A stretch of 64,000 nucleotides of DNA from positions 90,085 to 154,084 of the forward strand of contig JBAXUE010000001.1 in the NCBI GenBank assembly GCA_037129835.1, given 5' to 3'. Below the pieces are notes generated by a model, which was not told where the DNA came from, did not search any database, and saw only the letters and a program-made list of their open reading frames with translations. Positions 8,778-18,589 of the stretch are shown here, one piece after another (position 1 is the first letter of the stretch; the number at the start of each line of letters is the position of its first letter). Position numbers and translations under genes: made by a program. This stretch comes from a bacterium. GTDB lineage: Bacteria; Patescibacteriota; CPR2; UBA1875; CAIMLA01.

Positions 8778-8999
8778 ATGGAACTAGGCAACAAAATAAA
8801 AGAGCTTCGCGCGAAAAATAATATTACCCAAGAAAAGTTGGCCAAGAAAACAGACGTTAGTCGCCAAACAATCATATCTATAGAAGGGGGTCAATATACC
8901 CCGTCTGCACTACTTGCCCTGAGGATAGCAAATATTTTTAAGTTACAATTTGAGGATGTATTTTATATAGTTAATAAAAAGGAGAATAATGAGCGTTGA
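8778..8999 (+). CDS. XRE-family helix-turn-helix transcriptional regulator (Cro/C1-type)
   Basis: LGNKIKELRAKNNITQEKLAKKTDVSRQTIISIEGG canonical HTH_XRE. Start placed at internal ATG 8778 (ORF-track start 8742 also possible). Confidence 0.75.
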   Translation: MELGNKIKELRAKNNITQEKLAKKTDVSRQTIISIEGGQYTPSALLALRIANIFKLQFEDVFYIVNKKENNER

Positions 9000-9222
9000 A
9001 ACAGAATTAACCAAAAAAGGTGACGAGAGACAAAATTATTACAATGGTTTGGCTTCAAGAATGGGGTTTATCTCCGTAGTTTTGAGTGCACTTGTAATGT
9101 CAGGATATTTTGCATATTTAGGTGATTATGATAAGGCATTTTTAATCCAAGAGCCAGCAGTTATTGGGGTGTTGGTCTTTATGGCATTTTATATAAAATG
9201 GAAGGTTGGTAATAGGCAATAG
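8989..9222 (+). CDS. small 2-TM membrane protein, partner of XRE regulator
   Basis: Two hydrophobic helices; RBS AAAAGGAG; overlaps XRE stop (typical XRE + membrane-protein pair). Confidence 0.5.
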   Translation: MSVETELTKKGDERQNYYNGLASRMGFISVVLSALVMSGYFAYLGDYDKAFLIQEPAVIGVLVFMAFYIKWKVGNRQ

Positions 9223-9250
9223 CTTAGACTTTTTTGCACTATTTGATTCG

Positions 9251-9300
9251 TATATTGAAATATAAAAGAGGCCATTTGGCCTCTTTTATATTTCAATATA
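9251..9300. terminator. bidirectional terminator; 23-nt perfect inverted arms around AAAGAGGCC-ATTT-GGCCTCTTT
   Basis: tatattgaaatataaaagaggcc / ggcctcttttatatttcaatata are exact reverse complements; between convergent genes. Core is near-identical to the terminator at 7354. Confidence 0.6.
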
Positions 9301-9301
9301 C

Positions 9302-9979
9302 TTATCTACCCAGTGAGCTGTTACAAGTGGAAACGCAAACGTCATGATTATCGGTTCCTACTGGAGGACAGCTAGTAACACAGTCGGTGTATAAATAACC
9401 ATCTTCAAGCCCCTTTAGAGGGAAAGACTGATCGAACGAGTTAGGTCCGAAACCTTTCACGGTAAAGTAAATATCTTCTTCGCCGTTAATATTATCTTTT
9501 ATTCTCGCGTCTTTTACATCTTCTTGTTTGTTGATCCAGTCGATCAAAAGCGTCTTTGCTTCTTGCTGAGTATTGTCTTTTAGTAATCGGCTATACTCAT
9601 TACTAACTGCTGTATAGTTGGGACCCGTCGGTAGATTGGAAGATAAATAATTAAAGATAAGGCTTCCTAAAATATACCCTATTATTAAAACGGTAAAAGC
9701 TATTAATAAAATTGAATTTAATTTTGTTTTTTTTATTAAAGCAAAATATAACACAAAACATACCGCAACAATTGTCCCCGTTACCATAGAAATAATACCC
9801 AAAACATTATAAGCATTACTGAGCGATTCATTCATGGGGAAAAAAGCACTAGAATAATTTAAGAAGATGAACATAGAAATTGTAAGAACCATATTTATTA
9901 ATAGAAGCGAGAGTATAATATCTTTTTTTATTTTTGCAAATATTTTTTTTATTATAATTTTTCTCCTTTCTGTAAGCAT
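9302..9979 (-). CDS. membrane protein with Cys-rich extracytoplasmic C-terminal domain
   Basis: Multiple TM helices N-terminal; C-terminal CVTSCPPVGTDNHDVCVSTCNSS. Confidence 0.45.
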   Translation of the reverse strand: MLTERRKIIIKKIFAKIKKDIILSLLLINMVLTISMFIFLNYSSAFFPMNESLSNAYNVLGIISMVTGTIVAVCFVLYFALIKKTKLNSILLIAFTVLIIGYILGSLIFNYLSSNLPTGPNYTAVSNEYSRLLKDNTQQEAKTLLIDWINKQEDVKDARIKDNINGEEDIYFTVKGFGPNSFDQSFPLKGLEDGYLYTDCVTSCPPVGTDNHDVCVSTCNSSLGR

Positions 9980-10001
9980 ACTCTTATAAGAAATATGCCT
10001 A

Positions 10002-10265
10002 TTAATTTTTGGATAATCTGTTGATTATTAAATATGAAACAGTTATGGCAATTATTATTGAGAAAATAAATAGTATTATTTGTGCGTAATCTGGCAGCAT
10101 TGTTGTATCTGTGAAAACACATGGCGTTGTTGCATGAAGTGGGGGGCAGGCAACAATTTGTTTAGTGAATTTCTGTGATAAATAATCATATAGCAGTATA
10201 GAAAGTAACCCAAATAATGGGATTGTTATAATTAAAGATAAGAAAAAGTATTTATTAAATCTCAT
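10002..10265 (-). CDS. small membrane protein (2 TM)
   Basis: ORF track; hydrophobic helices. Confidence 0.4.
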   Translation of the reverse strand: MRFNKYFFLSLIITIPLFGLLSILLYDYLSQKFTKQIVACPPLHATTPCVFTDTTMLPDYAQIILFIFSIIIAITVSYLIINRLSKN

Positions 10266-10291
10266 AGATTAACTATATTTTACTATATTGC

Positions 10292-10681
10292 TCATGATAT
10301 TAATCCAAATATTATTTCTAGTAACTTCGGCATAAAGATAAAAAGACCGACGATTCCAGCTCCGATACAAATTACGAGCACACTGCCAGCAGCGATATCT
10401 CGAGCCTCTTTGGTAGCTTTCGGGTGTATTCCAGGGAAATCTTTAATAATATTACAAACTTCTTCTACTGCCGTATTGATTAATTCTGCACCGAGAACAA
10501 GAGCAATTAACGTCAGAACGATCAGCCATTCGATAAAAGATATTTGGAAAATCACCCCAGCTAGTAAAATTAGTAGGCCAAAGAAGAATTGAATTCTGAT
10601 ATTCTTTCCTTGTGAACCAGATATAATACCTCGCCAAGCGTGAGTAAATGAGCGAAAAAAGTTTCTAAATTTAACTATCAT
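10292..10681 (-). CDS. dgkA: diacylglycerol/undecaprenol kinase DgkA family
   Basis: GAELINTAVEEVCN matches DgkA signature (E-x-x-NTA-x-E); 3 TM helices. Confidence 0.75.
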   Translation of the reverse strand: MIVKFRNFFRSFTHAWRGIISGSQGKNIRIQFFFGLLILLAGVIFQISFIEWLIVLTLIALVLGAELINTAVEEVCNIIKDFPGIHPKATKEARDIAAGSVLVICIGAGIVGLFIFMPKLLEIIFGLIS

Positions 10682-10771
10682 AGGTAAATATTACCGCTAT
10701 TTGGAAAATAAATAAAGCTTATCGGGTGAGAGGTATTTTGCATTTAAGTAAATGGCTGATAGACTTGATGT

Positions 10772-11347
10772 ATGTTTGAATTAGATTCATATATCCTCGT
10801 GTTATTAAATAAATTGGCTATTTCCTCAGATTTTTTGAAATCGGGATTTGTTTTTCTAGCCGAATATTTGATATATTTAGTGCCACTGGTTTTGATAATA
10901 CTTTGGTTCTATTCTCCAAAATCAAAAAAAGTTGCCCTGACGTCATTTTTTTCAGGGACGATTGCCCTCGGAGCCGGGTTGCTTTTGTCGTCAGAAATCA
11001 AAAGAGCCAGACCTTTTGACGGTTTAGGCATCCAGGAAGTACTCTTTCATCGTCCAGATTATTCATTTCCTTCTCATCATGCAATTTTGTTATTTGCGTG
11101 TGCTTTTGCTTTGTGGTTTTGTGGATACAAGAAACTAGGTAAATGGATGATTATTATGGCAGGGATAATCACTATTAGTAGGGTGGCTGTCGGGGTACAC
11201 TACCCATCTGATATAATAATAGGAGGGCTTCTCGGGTTTATCGTTGCTTGGTCAATTTACCGTCTTGATCCTTTACTTGATCGTTTTTATTTATTGTTCT
11301 TGGGTCTTGCGAAAAAATTGAAGCTAAGCTGGTCTTATCTAAAATGA
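10772..11347 (+). CDS. PAP2-family phosphatase (undecaprenyl-diphosphatase/PgpB-like)
   Basis: KRARPF, PSHH, SRVAVGVHYPSD = PAP2 motifs 1-3; divergent from dgkA. Confidence 0.7.
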   Translation: MFELDSYILVLLNKLAISSDFLKSGFVFLAEYLIYLVPLVLIILWFYSPKSKKVALTSFFSGTIALGAGLLLSSEIKRARPFDGLGIQEVLFHRPDYSFPSHHAILLFACAFALWFCGYKKLGKWMIIMAGIITISRVAVGVHYPSDIIIGGLLGFIVAWSIYRLDPLLDRFYLLFLGLAKKLKLSWSYLK

Positions 11348-11440
11348 TATTATTTAACTAAAATTTGCTATTAATAGTCAAAAAAGAGTAATATATAAAT
11401 GTGACAAAAGTCACAAATATTATTAAAAAAGGAGCAAATA

Positions 11441-11736
11441 TGAAGCAACGTAGTCCAATAGCAGTCTTTTTATTACCTTTTATTACCTTTGGAATTTATT
11501 CATTGGTGTGGATGGTGAAGACAAAAGGGGAAATGAACGGCAAGGGTGCTGAAATACCAACAGCTTGGTTAATTATCGTACCCCTAGTTAACATCTGGTG
11601 GATGTGGAAATACAGTGAGGGCGTCGAGAAAGTCACAAATGCCAAGATGAGTGGCGTTTTGGCCTTTATCCTTTTATTCCTTTTGGGAATGATCGGACAG
11701 GCAATTATTCAAGATTCATTCAATAAGATAGCTTAA
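11441..11736 (+). CDS. small membrane protein
   Basis: Start placed at ATG 11441 with RBS AAAAAAGGAG; 3 hydrophobic helices. Confidence 0.45.
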
Positions 11737-11747
11737 CTTTAATATTT

Positions 11748-11778
11748 CTTAGGAGGCCACATAAGGGCCTCCTTTTTA
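11748..11778 (+). terminator. intrinsic terminator AGGAGGCC-loop-GGGCCTCC + TTTTT
   Basis: Read directly. Confidence 0.55.
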
Positions 11779-11833
11779 ATTTGTAAATTCAATAGTATAA
11801 AGTTAGAATAATATATGTGTTCAGGAGTAGAAA

Positions 11834-12721
11834 ATGAATGTAATTGAAATAAAAAAACTTACTAAATATTACGGTAAATCACGCGGAATAGTAGACCTAG
11901 ATTTAACTATCGAAGAAGGGGAAGTTTTTGGGTTTATTGGACCAAATGGAGCTGGCAAATCAACTACGATACGGACTTTACTTGGACTTATTCATCCGAC
12001 TAGTGGTAGCGCGACGATATTTGGCAAAGATATCAAAGAGTTTGGCCCAGAAATACGCGAGCAAGTCGGTTATCTTCCGTCAGAGGTTTTCTATTACGAT
12101 GGAATGAAGGTGATAGATTTACTCAAATATTCTGCTAGTTTTTACAAAAAAGACCAAAAAGTTATCGAGAGGCGGATAGGTGAGCTGGCTAAATTACTCG
12201 ATTTGGACTTAAAAAAGAAGATAGATGACCTTTCTTATGGTAACAAGAAAAAAGTTGGGATTATCCAGGGATTATTGCACGAACCAAAACTGATTATACT
12301 TGATGAGCCGACAGGGGGTCTTGATCCGTTAATGCAACAGAAATTTTTTGAGCTTTTACGCGAAGAAAATAAAAGGGGCGCAACTATCTTGTTCTCGTCA
12401 CATATTCTCGGAGAAGTTCAGAAGATGTGTAGCCGAGTCGCTATAATAAAAGAAGGCAAGATTATTAAAACCGAAAAGATTAGCGACCTTTTGGAAAATA
12501 ATACTAAGCGGTTTAAGCTTGAGACGAATAAAATAACTGACAAAAAAGTTTTAGAAGGCATTAAGGGCATCAGCGATTTGACAGTCCAAGGCAAGGAGAT
12601 TAATTTCTTGTTTCGAGGTCACATAAATGAGGTAACAAAGAAGTTGGCCACAATAGACCTTTTAAATCTCGAAGTAACCGAGCCAGATTTGGAAGAAATT
12701 TTCCTGCATTATTATAAATAA
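11834..12721 (+). CDS. ABC transporter ATP-binding protein (ABC-2 type)
   Basis: GPNGAGKSTT Walker A, LSYGNKKKVGI signature, ILDEPTGGLD Walker B. Confidence 0.85.
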   Translation: MNVIEIKKLTKYYGKSRGIVDLDLTIEEGEVFGFIGPNGAGKSTTIRTLLGLIHPTSGSATIFGKDIKEFGPEIREQVGYLPSEVFYYDGMKVIDLLKYSASFYKKDQKVIERRIGELAKLLDLDLKKKIDDLSYGNKKKVGIIQGLLHEPKLIILDEPTGGLDPLMQQKFFELLREENKRGATILFSSHILGEVQKMCSRVAIIKEGKIIKTEKISDLLENNTKRFKLETNKITDKKVLEGIKGISDLTVQGKEINFLFRGHINEVTKKLATIDLLNLEVTEPDLEEIFLHYYK

Positions 12722-12731
12722 GATAAAAATT

Positions 12732-13532
12732 ATGAATATATATTTTCAAGAAGTTAAAAATTACTTTCGAGTTACAATGGTGTGGATTGCAGCGCTTTCG
12801 CTGATGTCATTCGGGTTTTTATCGATGTTTGGTAGTTTCTCAGGCGATGTAGAGAATATGAAACATTTACTCGCCGGTTATCCGCCGCAGGTACTTAGCG
12901 CACTAAATCTTCAGGTCGGTATTTTTTTTACCGCTATCGGATTCTTTGCCTATATCCTGACATTTATCTGGTTGGTTGGGGCGATGCAGGCAATGAATCT
13001 CGGTATGGGAATACTGTCAAAGGAGATAGCTGGCAAGACTGCAGATTTTCTTCTCACGAAGCCTGTTACTAGATTTAGTATGCTCACACAGAAACTTTTT
13101 GCCACCCTTACATTATTAGTTATTACTAATATTTGTTTTGTCGCGGTGACTATGTTCTCAGTAAACATGTTTTCAAAAGATCCTTTCGATGGATATATTT
13201 TGTTTCTTTCAACGTTGACACTTTTCCTGGTTCAACTAATCTTCTTGAGCCTAGGATTTGCCCTAGCAGCGCTGATTCCAAAGATTAAAACTGTTCTTTC
13301 ATATACTCTGCCAACAGTTTTTGGGCTTTTTATCTTAGGTCTTTTTGGTAATGTCCTAGGTAATGAGGAAATCTACTACCTAACGCCTTTTAAATATTTC
13401 GACGTGTCATATATTATCCGCAACTCTTCGTATCAATCAAAATATCTTTGGCTAGCGTTGGGGTTAACGCTTGTTGGCATTATTGTTGGCTATGCAGCAT
13501 TTATAAACAAAGATATAGAGGCGGCAAACTAA
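12732..13532 (+). CDS. ABC-2 family permease
   Basis: 6 TM helices, operon with ATPase. Confidence 0.65.
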   Translation: MNIYFQEVKNYFRVTMVWIAALSLMSFGFLSMFGSFSGDVENMKHLLAGYPPQVLSALNLQVGIFFTAIGFFAYILTFIWLVGAMQAMNLGMGILSKEIAGKTADFLLTKPVTRFSMLTQKLFATLTLLVITNICFVAVTMFSVNMFSKDPFDGYILFLSTLTLFLVQLIFLSLGFALAALIPKIKTVLSYTLPTVFGLFILGLFGNVLGNEEIYYLTPFKYFDVSYIIRNSSYQSKYLWLALGLTLVGIIVGYAAFINKDIEAAN

Positions 13533-14335
13533 TGAATGTATATTATAGAGAAATCAAATCTCATTGGAAGGGTTTTCTAGGTTGGTCAGCCGCGATAGCA
13601 TTTACTATCGTTTCTGGAATGGTAAAGTTCCAGGGTTACAATACCGCATCAGGAAAGGCCAATATAGGAGAACTTCTAAAAACTTTCCCAAAACCAATAC
13701 TGGCGATATTCGGAATGTCGGGTCTAGATGTAACAAAGATGATTGGATATGTGGGGATAATGTATCTTTACATCGTCCTAATCGGAGCCATCTATGCCGC
13801 GCTTGCAGGTGCTGAAATTATCTCGAAAGAAGAACTAGATAAGACTTCTGAATTTCTATATCCGAAGCCAGTTAGCCGTAGTAGAGTCCTAATAGAGAAA
13901 ATTTTAGCGGCCGTTACTTTTCAGCTTCTGTTTTTTATAGTCGCAGTAATTACAAATATTTGGATAGTTGACTACTACAATACGGGATATAGTCTCACGC
14001 CTCAAGTAATGACTTTGATGTGGGGAGTGTTACTCTTTCAACTAGTTTCATTCTCATTCGGAGTCTTTTTTGCTGGTATTTTTAAGAACCCTAAGCTTCC
14101 AACGGCTGCAGTTACTACCGTTGTTGTCTCGAGCTATCTGCTGTCAGTATTTATTGATATTAATGCTAACCTAGATTTTTTAAAGCCACTTACGCCTTTC
14201 CAATATTTTGGCGCCCCAAGGATTATAGCTGAAGGTCAACTGGATCCATTCTACGTTATTATGTTGCTCACAGTTTCGGCATTATTGTTAGTTTCAACGT
14301 ATTATTTTTACAATAAACGCGACCTTAATATTTAA
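13532..14335 (+). CDS. ABC-2 family permease (second subunit)
   Basis: Start taken at internal ATG (MNVYYREIKSHW) overlapping the upstream stop; N-terminal extension in ORF track rejected. Confidence 0.6.
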   Translation: MNVYYREIKSHWKGFLGWSAAIAFTIVSGMVKFQGYNTASGKANIGELLKTFPKPILAIFGMSGLDVTKMIGYVGIMYLYIVLIGAIYAALAGAEIISKEELDKTSEFLYPKPVSRSRVLIEKILAAVTFQLLFFIVAVITNIWIVDYYNTGYSLTPQVMTLMWGVLLFQLVSFSFGVFFAGIFKNPKLPTAAVTTVVVSSYLLSVFIDINANLDFLKPLTPFQYFGAPRIIAEGQLDPFYVIMLLTVSALLLVSTYYFYNKRDLNI

Positions 14336-14394
14336 TATATTCTGACAAAATATAAGAAGCATGAAAGGATATAATATTTAGCATATCTGTTTTT

Positions 14395-14748
14395 TTATTT
14401 AGTATTTTTGTTGTGCTTTATATCATGTTTAATCGCATATTCATCTGCGATTTCTTCTGGGCTCATTTCATTCGAATTTTTGGGTTCTTTCTTAAAATAA
14501 TCATCATTGTAGATCGGAGGATCGTTTGGCGGTATTTCGACCGAACTCTCATGCTCCAGTGTTTTAATATTAATTAGTTTTTTAGTTTCACTGAAGCCAC
14601 CAGTAGAGTTTCTAATTCTTTTAACTATATATTTTTTCCCGTCAGGGCCAACTTCAGTTGATTCTACCAACTCCTGTTGTTCATTTCCGACTCTCCATGT
14701 TTCTTGTTCGCCGGTTTGCTTGCTGAAATCTGGTTGTAGTTCTGTCAT
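14395..14748 (-). CDS. hypothetical acidic protein
   Basis: ORF track only. Confidence 0.35.
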   Translation of the reverse strand: MTELQPDFSKQTGEQETWRVGNEQQELVESTEVGPDGKKYIVKRIRNSTGGFSETKKLINIKTLEHESSVEIPPNDPPIYNDDYFKKEPKNSNEMSPEEIADEYAIKHDIKHNKNTK

Positions 14749-14844
14749 TTTGTTCTCCTGTTAATGTTATTAATTTAATGCCATAGTTAATATTAAGTCA
14801 AATATATTACTATTAAAAAGTCTATTTTTGGCTATAATTGGAAT

Positions 14845-16365
14845 ATGAAAAATATTAAAAAAATAAATATATATATTGCAAAATTCATAAATACGCCAAA
14901 ATACTTTTTCCCGCTACTGGTATTGGTATATTTCCTGTCACGTCTACCAGTTTGGTTATACCCTTTTGATAGTGATCATTGGATATTCTATTATGTCGGT
15001 AAAAATTGGTTTCACGGAGGGACTTTGTATTTAACTGCCTGGGATCATAAACCACCGATAATATTTTTAATAAATGGATTGATGTCAGTTATTCTTGGTG
15101 ACAATATAATTTTGCACCGAATTCTTTTTTCTTTTGTTGGTCTATTTAGTGTGTATCTAATGTACTTATTGTTAAAGCTGGTTGTTCCTAGGTTTAAGTT
15201 GAAGTCACCACAACTTGCGATAAATACAGGAATTTTGATATTTGTTATACTGACAAATGTCGCACAGTTTACAAGTAGCGGGAATGATACTGAAAATTTT
15301 GCTTTGCCGTTTTTGATTGGGATGATATTGTCCTACCTTTCATTTAGAAATAGTAATAAATATTGGCAATTACTTGTCTCCGGGATATGTCTTTCTTTTA
15401 TGTTCTTTTTAAAGGGAAATTTCCTACTATTGGCAATGCCAATCGGATTTTTTGTTATTTTTGATAATTTGAAAAATATTAAAAAAATGTTTATGGATGG
15501 TTTTATTTTTGGGCTACCCTTATTTTTACATTCATTAATTTGGATTGTTTATTTCGCGTTGCATAATGGCTTGCAAGATTTTTTGATTGCGACATTTATT
15601 TTTAGTGCTAAATACTCTGGCAGTGCCTGGGTTGGCCAGCTCAGTAGTATGAAAACATTTTATTTTATGGTTTCGTTAGCTTCACCCATTATTATTATTG
15701 CACCAATTTATTATTTTTTTCTTTTCAAAAAAGGTAGGAAAATTGCCGAATATAACTTTTTCGCACTTACGCTTTTGTTTTGTTTTATTGCTTTCTTTTC
15801 AGTAGGTTTGCCTTATCTTTATTATTTTTTAATCGCAATGCCTATTTATACGATCACGGCCATATATTCTATATTCTCTGACCATAATAGCTATAGGGTT
15901 GTAGGTAAATTTATATATACATGGTTTCTTTGTATGTTTTTTGCAGGGATTATTCTTTTATCGATTATAAGTATGAGACAATTACCGGCACTGAGCTCTG
16001 AAAATACAAATTCTGAAGCTATTGAATATAAAAACATCGCACAATACGTAAATAAAAATACTGACACGAATGATACTGTTTTTGCCAATGATTATGGTGG
16101 TACTTTTTACCGACTTTCTGATAGAGATTCTGGATCAAGGTTTATCTCCGCAAGCGTTTTGCTGCTAGACTACCGAGGCAATTATGGGTTTCATCTTAAT
16201 GATTTGTTTATCTCAGATGCTGAGAAATCAAAGCCAAAATATGTAGTGGTTTATAAAGACAAATCTAGTTTGTATTATCAAAATAAACCTATAGTTAAGT
16301 ACTTTAGCGGCCATTACCATTTAGAAAAATCCTTTAATAAGTTTGAGGTATTAAGAAGAAATTAG
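14845..16365 (+). CDS. multi-TM GT-C-fold glycosyltransferase (ArnT/PMT-like)
   Basis: About 12 TM helices, conserved acidic loop PFDSDHW early in the protein, soluble C-terminal domain; typical of PMT_2/ArnT-like proteins. Confidence 0.45.
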   Translation: MKNIKKINIYIAKFINTPKYFFPLLVLVYFLSRLPVWLYPFDSDHWIFYYVGKNWFHGGTLYLTAWDHKPPIIFLINGLMSVILGDNIILHRILFSFVGLFSVYLMYLLLKLVVPRFKLKSPQLAINTGILIFVILTNVAQFTSSGNDTENFALPFLIGMILSYLSFRNSNKYWQLLVSGICLSFMFFLKGNFLLLAMPIGFFVIFDNLKNIKKMFMDGFIFGLPLFLHSLIWIVYFALHNGLQDFLIATFIFSAKYSGSAWVGQLSSMKTFYFMVSLASPIIIIAPIYYFFLFKKGRKIAEYNFFALTLLFCFIAFFSVGLPYLYYFLIAMPIYTITAIYSIFSDHNSYRVVGKFIYTWFLCMFFAGIILLSIISMRQLPALSSENTNSEAIEYKNIAQYVNKNTDTNDTVFANDYGGTFYRLSDRDSGSRFISASVLLLDYRGNYGFHLNDLFISDAEKSKPKYVVVYKDKSSLYYQNKPIVKYFSGHYHLEKSFNKFEVLRRN

Positions 16366-16413
16366 TTCTTCCTTGAAATATGAGCACAAAAAGACTATAA
16401 TATCTTGGTTAGC

Positions 16414-16489
16414 CGGGGTGTAGCACAGTTGGTAGTGCGCGCGGTTTGGGACCGCGAGGTCGAAGGTTCGAGTCCTTTCACCCCGACCA
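16414..16489 (+). tRNA. tRNA-Pro (anticodon UGG), CCA encoded
   Basis: Acceptor CGGGGTG/CACCCCG, anticodon stem CGCGG/CCGCG, loop TTTGGGA, T-loop TTCGAGT. Confidence 0.75.
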
Positions 16490-16496
16490 TAAATAA

Positions 16497-16525
16497 AAAT
16501 AGCCCTGCAAGGGGCTTTATTTATT
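16497..16525 (+). terminator. intrinsic terminator AGCCC-TGCAAG-GGGCT + TTATTTATT
   Basis: Read directly after tRNA-Pro. Confidence 0.45.
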
Positions 16526-16576
16526 GACCAATAAATATATTTGTAATATAATTACTAAAAGTAAGAAAAGTAAGAG

Positions 16577-16816
16577 GTGATGATGAACTATCCACAACCG
16601 GAATTCTATGGCAGTACAATCGTTAGTGATAAGGGGCAAGTGGTTATACCCGTCGAGGCAAGAAACGTTTTAGGCTTAGAAAAAGGGGAGAAACTTCTTG
16701 TTATGGGAATTGACGAAAAAGGAATTATGCTGATGAAGGTTTCTGCTTTTGAAAAAATTTCACTTGAGATGGCAAAGAAACAGAAGCAAATAAATAAAAT
16801 TATTGAGAGTATTTAA
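16577..16816 (+). CDS. AbrB/MazE/SpoVT-family looped-hinge-helix DNA-binding protein
   Basis: GQVVIPVEARNVLGLEKGEKLLV matches SpoVT_AbrB domain. Confidence 0.65.
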   Translation: MMMNYPQPEFYGSTIVSDKGQVVIPVEARNVLGLEKGEKLLVMGIDEKGIMLMKVSAFEKISLEMAKKQKQINKIIESI

Positions 16817-18589
16817 TTGCTCAAATTAGCTAAATATCTAAAGCCATATGTTATCGGCCTTATAGGGGTTCTGATTTTGACATATATACAGGTTATGACC
16901 AGTTTGCAGCTTCCAGATTATATGGCGCAAATTATCAACGATGGCATCGTGGCTCAAAATAATAGTATTATCTGGAATACGGGTTTTTGGATGTTGGTAG
17001 TAGCGTTGCTGGGTGCCGTTTGTACCGTTGGTGTAGGTTATCTGTCAGCGAAAGTTGCTACTGGATTTTCAAGAGATTTGCGCGAAAAAGTTTTTACTAA
17101 GGTGGAAAGCTTTTCAATGCGCGAGTTTGACAAATTTTCCACCGCATCACTTATTACACGTTCTACAAATGACATTCAGCAAATACAAATGGTTTTTTTG
17201 ATGATATTAAGAATGGTTTTAGCGGCACCCATTATGGCAGTTGGCGCAGTAGTGAAGGCTTATAATATGGCTCCTTCGATGTCTTGGATCCTCGCTCTTG
17301 CAGTTACTGTTTTGGCTGGCATGATAATGTTGATATTTACTATCGCATTACCAAAATTCAAGATGTTACAAAAGTTAGTAGATAAGCTCAACTTGGTTAC
17401 TAGGGAGAACTTAACTGGCCTTAGGGTTATTCGAGCTTTTAATGCAGAAAGCTATGAAGAGAAAAAATTTGAGAAAGCAAATCGTGATCTAACGAATGTG
17501 AATCTTTTTGTTAATAGGCTAATGGTTGTAATGCAACCGATGATGATGCTGATTTTCAATATGACTGCAATCGCCATCGTTTGGTTTGGAGCCCACCTTA
17601 TTGGTACCGGAAGCTTGGCTATTGGTGATATGATCGCCTTTATGCAATATGCGATGCAGGTTATTATGTCGTTCTTGATGCTTTCATTCATCTTTATAGG
17701 GGTTCCGAGAGCGTCTGTCTCGGCGGGTCGTGTAGCAGAAGTTATTGATACTGAACCAGCAATTAAGGATCCTGAAAACCCGAAGAAATTTGCTATAAGT
17801 GAAAAAGGAATTATTGAATTTCGAGATGTTACCTTTTGCTATCCTGGTGCCGATACTCCGGTTTTACAAAATGTATCATTTGAGGCTCATTCTGGCCAAA
17901 CAACAGCATTTATCGGAAGTACAGGCAGCGGCAAATCAACTCTTATTAATCTGATTCCACGGTTTTATGACACTTCTAAGGGGCAGATATTGATAGATGG
18001 GCTAGATGTTCGAGAAGTTAGCCAGGAAGACCTTTGTAGTAAAATTGGTTATGTACCACAAAAAGGTGTTTTGTTTTCAGGTTCACTTAAGTCTAATATA
18101 AAATATGGCGCTCCCAAAGCTTCGGAAAACGAAATGAAGAAGGCAATAGAAATCGCTCAAGCCACTGATTTTGTTGCGGAAATGCCCAAAAAATATAATA
18201 CTAATATTTCTCAAGGGGGAACGAATGTGTCGGGTGGACAAAAACAACGCCTTTCTATTGCGAGAGCGATATTAAAAAAACCGGAAATATATATCTTTGA
18301 TGATAGTTTTTCTGCTCTTGATTTCAGGACCGATGCGGCTCTGAGAGCGGCTCTGGCTGCAGCCACAAAAGATGTGACAGTGTTGATAGTAGCTCAACGA
18401 GTTAGTACTATCCTAAATGCAGATAAAATAATTGTTCTAGATGAAGGAAAAATAGTTGGCATCGGTAAGCACACAGAACTGTTGGCGACGAATCCTGTAT
18501 ATCGAGAAATTGCATCTTCTCAATTATCGGCCGATGAACTGTCTGATGAGTCTCAAAATCAGCTTTTGGTTACTGGAGAAACGGCATGA
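16817..18589 (+). CDS. ABC exporter half-transporter (TMD-NBD), degenerate-site subunit
   Basis: 6 TM + NBD: GSTGSGKST, VSGGQKQRLSIARA, Walker B IYIFDDSFSALD (catalytic Glu replaced by Asp); TTG start immediately after AbrB-like stop. Confidence 0.8.
   Translation: MLKLAKYLKPYVIGLIGVLILTYIQVMTSLQLPDYMAQIINDGIVAQNNSIIWNTGFWMLVVALLGAVCTVGVGYLSAKVATGFSRDLREKVFTKVESFSMREFDKFSTASLITRSTNDIQQIQMVFLMILRMVLAAPIMAVGAVVKAYNMAPSMSWILALAVTVLAGMIMLIFTIALPKFKMLQKLVDKLNLVTRENLTGLRVIRAFNAESYEEKKFEKANRDLTNVNLFVNRLMVVMQPMMMLIFNMTAIAIVWFGAHLIGTGSLAIGDMIAFMQYAMQVIMSFLMLSFIFIGVPRASVSAGRVAEVIDTEPAIKDPENPKKFAISEKGIIEFRDVTFCYPGADTPVLQNVSFEAHSGQTTAFIGSTGSGKSTLINLIPRFYDTSKGQILIDGLDVREVSQEDLCSKIGYVPQKGVLFSGSLKSNIKYGAPKASENEMKKAIEIAQATDFVAEMPKKYNTNISQGGTNVSGGQKQRLSIARAILKKPEIYIFDDSFSALDFRTDAALRAALAAATKDVTVLIVAQRVSTILNADKIIVLDEGKIVGIGKHTELLATNPVYREIASSQLSADELSDESQNQLLVTGETA

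Noticed and set aside
13448-13531. N-terminal 28-aa extension of the second ABC-2 permease in the ORF track
   Set aside because: Overlaps the upstream permease in another frame; an internal ATG directly after the upstream stop gives the usual coupled arrangement.
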